Origin: an uncultured Candidatus Rokubacteria bacterium
Lineage (GTDB): Bacteria; Methylomirabilota; Methylomirabilia; Rokubacteriales; CSP1-6
Assembly (NCBI GenBank): GCA_963754315.1
Contig: CAVWFS010000006.1
Coordinates: 1 to 64,000 of the forward strand
Direction: 5' to 3'
Length of the DNA stretch: 64,000 nucleotides
This document shows positions 62,959 through 64,000 of this stretch, piece after piece. Position 1 is the stretch's first letter. Each line of letters begins with the position of its first letter. Position numbers and translations under genes: made by a program. The notes beneath the pieces were generated by a model. That model was given only the letters and a program-made list of their open reading frames with translations. It searched no databases and was not told the origin of the DNA.

Positions 62959-64000
62959 GCGCCAAGCCTCCTTCCGAGAGAGCGCTGCCTCGCCGACCGG
63001 CGGGCGGGCACTCGGCGAACGAACTCGCGGCCCACGGCTACCGCGATGACAAGCCAGACGAGGACGAGGACGACATTGACCATGGCGAATCGCGACGCCC
63101 CGAAGGCGAGCGCGCTCGTGCCGATGAGGACCGTGCCTGCCGCCAAGAGATCGCCCGACCGGACGACAAAGGTGTCGATGACCTGCTTGGCCTTGTACTT
63201 CTGGGCGCGGGTGGTGGGCAGGTAGAGGACCTGGCTCACGGTGTTCTGTAAAGAGTAGTCGATCGAGTTCTCGGCCGTCTTCACCCAGCGCAGGATGCCG
63301 AGGGAGGGCACCACCGCGGCGACCCCATAGCTGACCAGAGCCACGAGGGGCAGGATGGTCATGGAGACCGGCACCCCAGAGTAGTTGATGGCGCGCGAGA
63401 CGAGGAAAAGCTGGAGCAGCATGCCAGTGACGTTCACCACCTGGAAATAGCTGGCGTAGAAGTGGCCGATGAACGTGCCTCGCTCCTCCGGCCGGAGGTG
63501 GCCGGCGGCGATCTGCTCCTCGCCAGTTGCCCTGACCACGGAGCCGAGGATGTACTCGCCATTGGCGTTCACCCAGTTGAGGAGCAGGATGAGCACGGCG
63601 ATCAGCATGAGGTAGCGGTGCTGGAGCACGAGCCCGAACGGGTTGCCCTCGCCGATCGGCTGGTCGGCGTCGGCGGCGCGGGGGTCGGACGCCGTGGCAC
63701 GCAGGGCGCGACGCTCGATGAGATTGAAGACGACGAGGCTTGCGGCGAGGACCAAGGCCGCCACCAGCAGCAGCGCATGCACCCCGATCAGACGTATCAA
63801 CCGGCCGCAGATGAACGCCCCGAACACCGCGCCGCTCGACGCCCCGAAGGCAATGAGGGCGAAGAGGCGCTTTCCGGCTTCCGGCGTGTACACGTCGTTG
63901 GCAAAGGCCCAAAACTGGGCGATCACCATCAGGCTGAAGATGCCGATCCACAGGAAGAACGCGATGCCAACCGGGAAGCCGCTCTCGGCAAGCGCGTAGA
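62955..64000 (-). CDS. NTT/TLC-family (Npt1/Npt2-like) nucleotide translocase, 5' part outside the window
   Basis: IAQFWAFANDVY..EAGKRLF, ENSIDYSLQNT..QVLYLP and KYKAKQVIDTFVVRSGD, with multiple transmembrane segments. Confidence 0.85.
   Translation of the reverse strand, partial: YALAESGFPVGIAFFLWIGIFSLMVIAQFWAFANDVYTPEAGKRLFALIAFGASSGAVFGAFICGRLIRLIGVHALLLVAALVLAASLVVFNLIERRALRATASDPRAADADQPIGEGNPFGLVLQHRYLMLIAVLILLLNWVNANGEYILGSVVRATGEEQIAAGHLRPEERGTFIGHFYASYFQVVNVTGMLLQLFLVSRAINYSGVPVSMTILPLVALVSYGVAAVVPSLGILRWVKTAENSIDYSLQNTVSQVLYLPTTRAQKYKAKQVIDTFVVRSGDLLAAGTVLIGTSALAFGASRFAMVNVVLVLVWLVIAVAVGREFVRRVPARRSARQRSLGRRLGA

Noticed and set aside
62959..63951. 1325-aa version of the dikinase ORF
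   Set aside because: The extension overlaps the NTT gene in another frame and is Arg/Pro-rich noise. The RBS and ATGA coupling support the start at 62958.

Overview
High-GC (visually about two-thirds G+C) bacterial DNA that looks like an accessory region full of gene debris. A Candidatus Rokubacteria/Methylomirabilota-like host is plausible from gene content but is inference only. (1) 0-6.6 kb: a sterol-tailoring cluster with a 3-beta-HSD-like SDR, CYP51, a Rieske oxygenase, a sterol C-24 methyltransferase and an ERG4-like sterol reductase, plus fragments of a DHCR7-like reductase and an FAD oxidoreductase. No cyclase or epoxidase is in the window. (2) 6.6-32 kb: an intact IS481-like element with many relics, a disrupted YciI/ECF sigma pair, several hydrolases and oxidoreductases, an emfourin plus protealysin-lectin-propeller fusion, a TusA-DsrE-TusA::MetE-like sulfur module, a frameshifted cyclase-ATPase-TPR gene and a patatin. 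(3) 33-48 kb: a multiply frameshifted NdvB/ChvB-like cyclic glucan gene, groES-groEL, an RRM protein and paralogous small membrane proteins, with a palindrome seen twice upstream of genes. A tRNA 3' half and integrase relic follow. (4) 57.6-64 kb: an operon-like run of an NTT-type nucleotide translocase, a signal-peptide-bearing dikinase with glucan-water-dikinase-like domain order, and beta-lactamase-fold proteins. The sterol cluster and the NTT-dikinase locus are the best candidates for undescribed systems. No CRISPR array, rRNA or complete tRNA was seen. All family calls come from motif recognition by eye; no searches were run.
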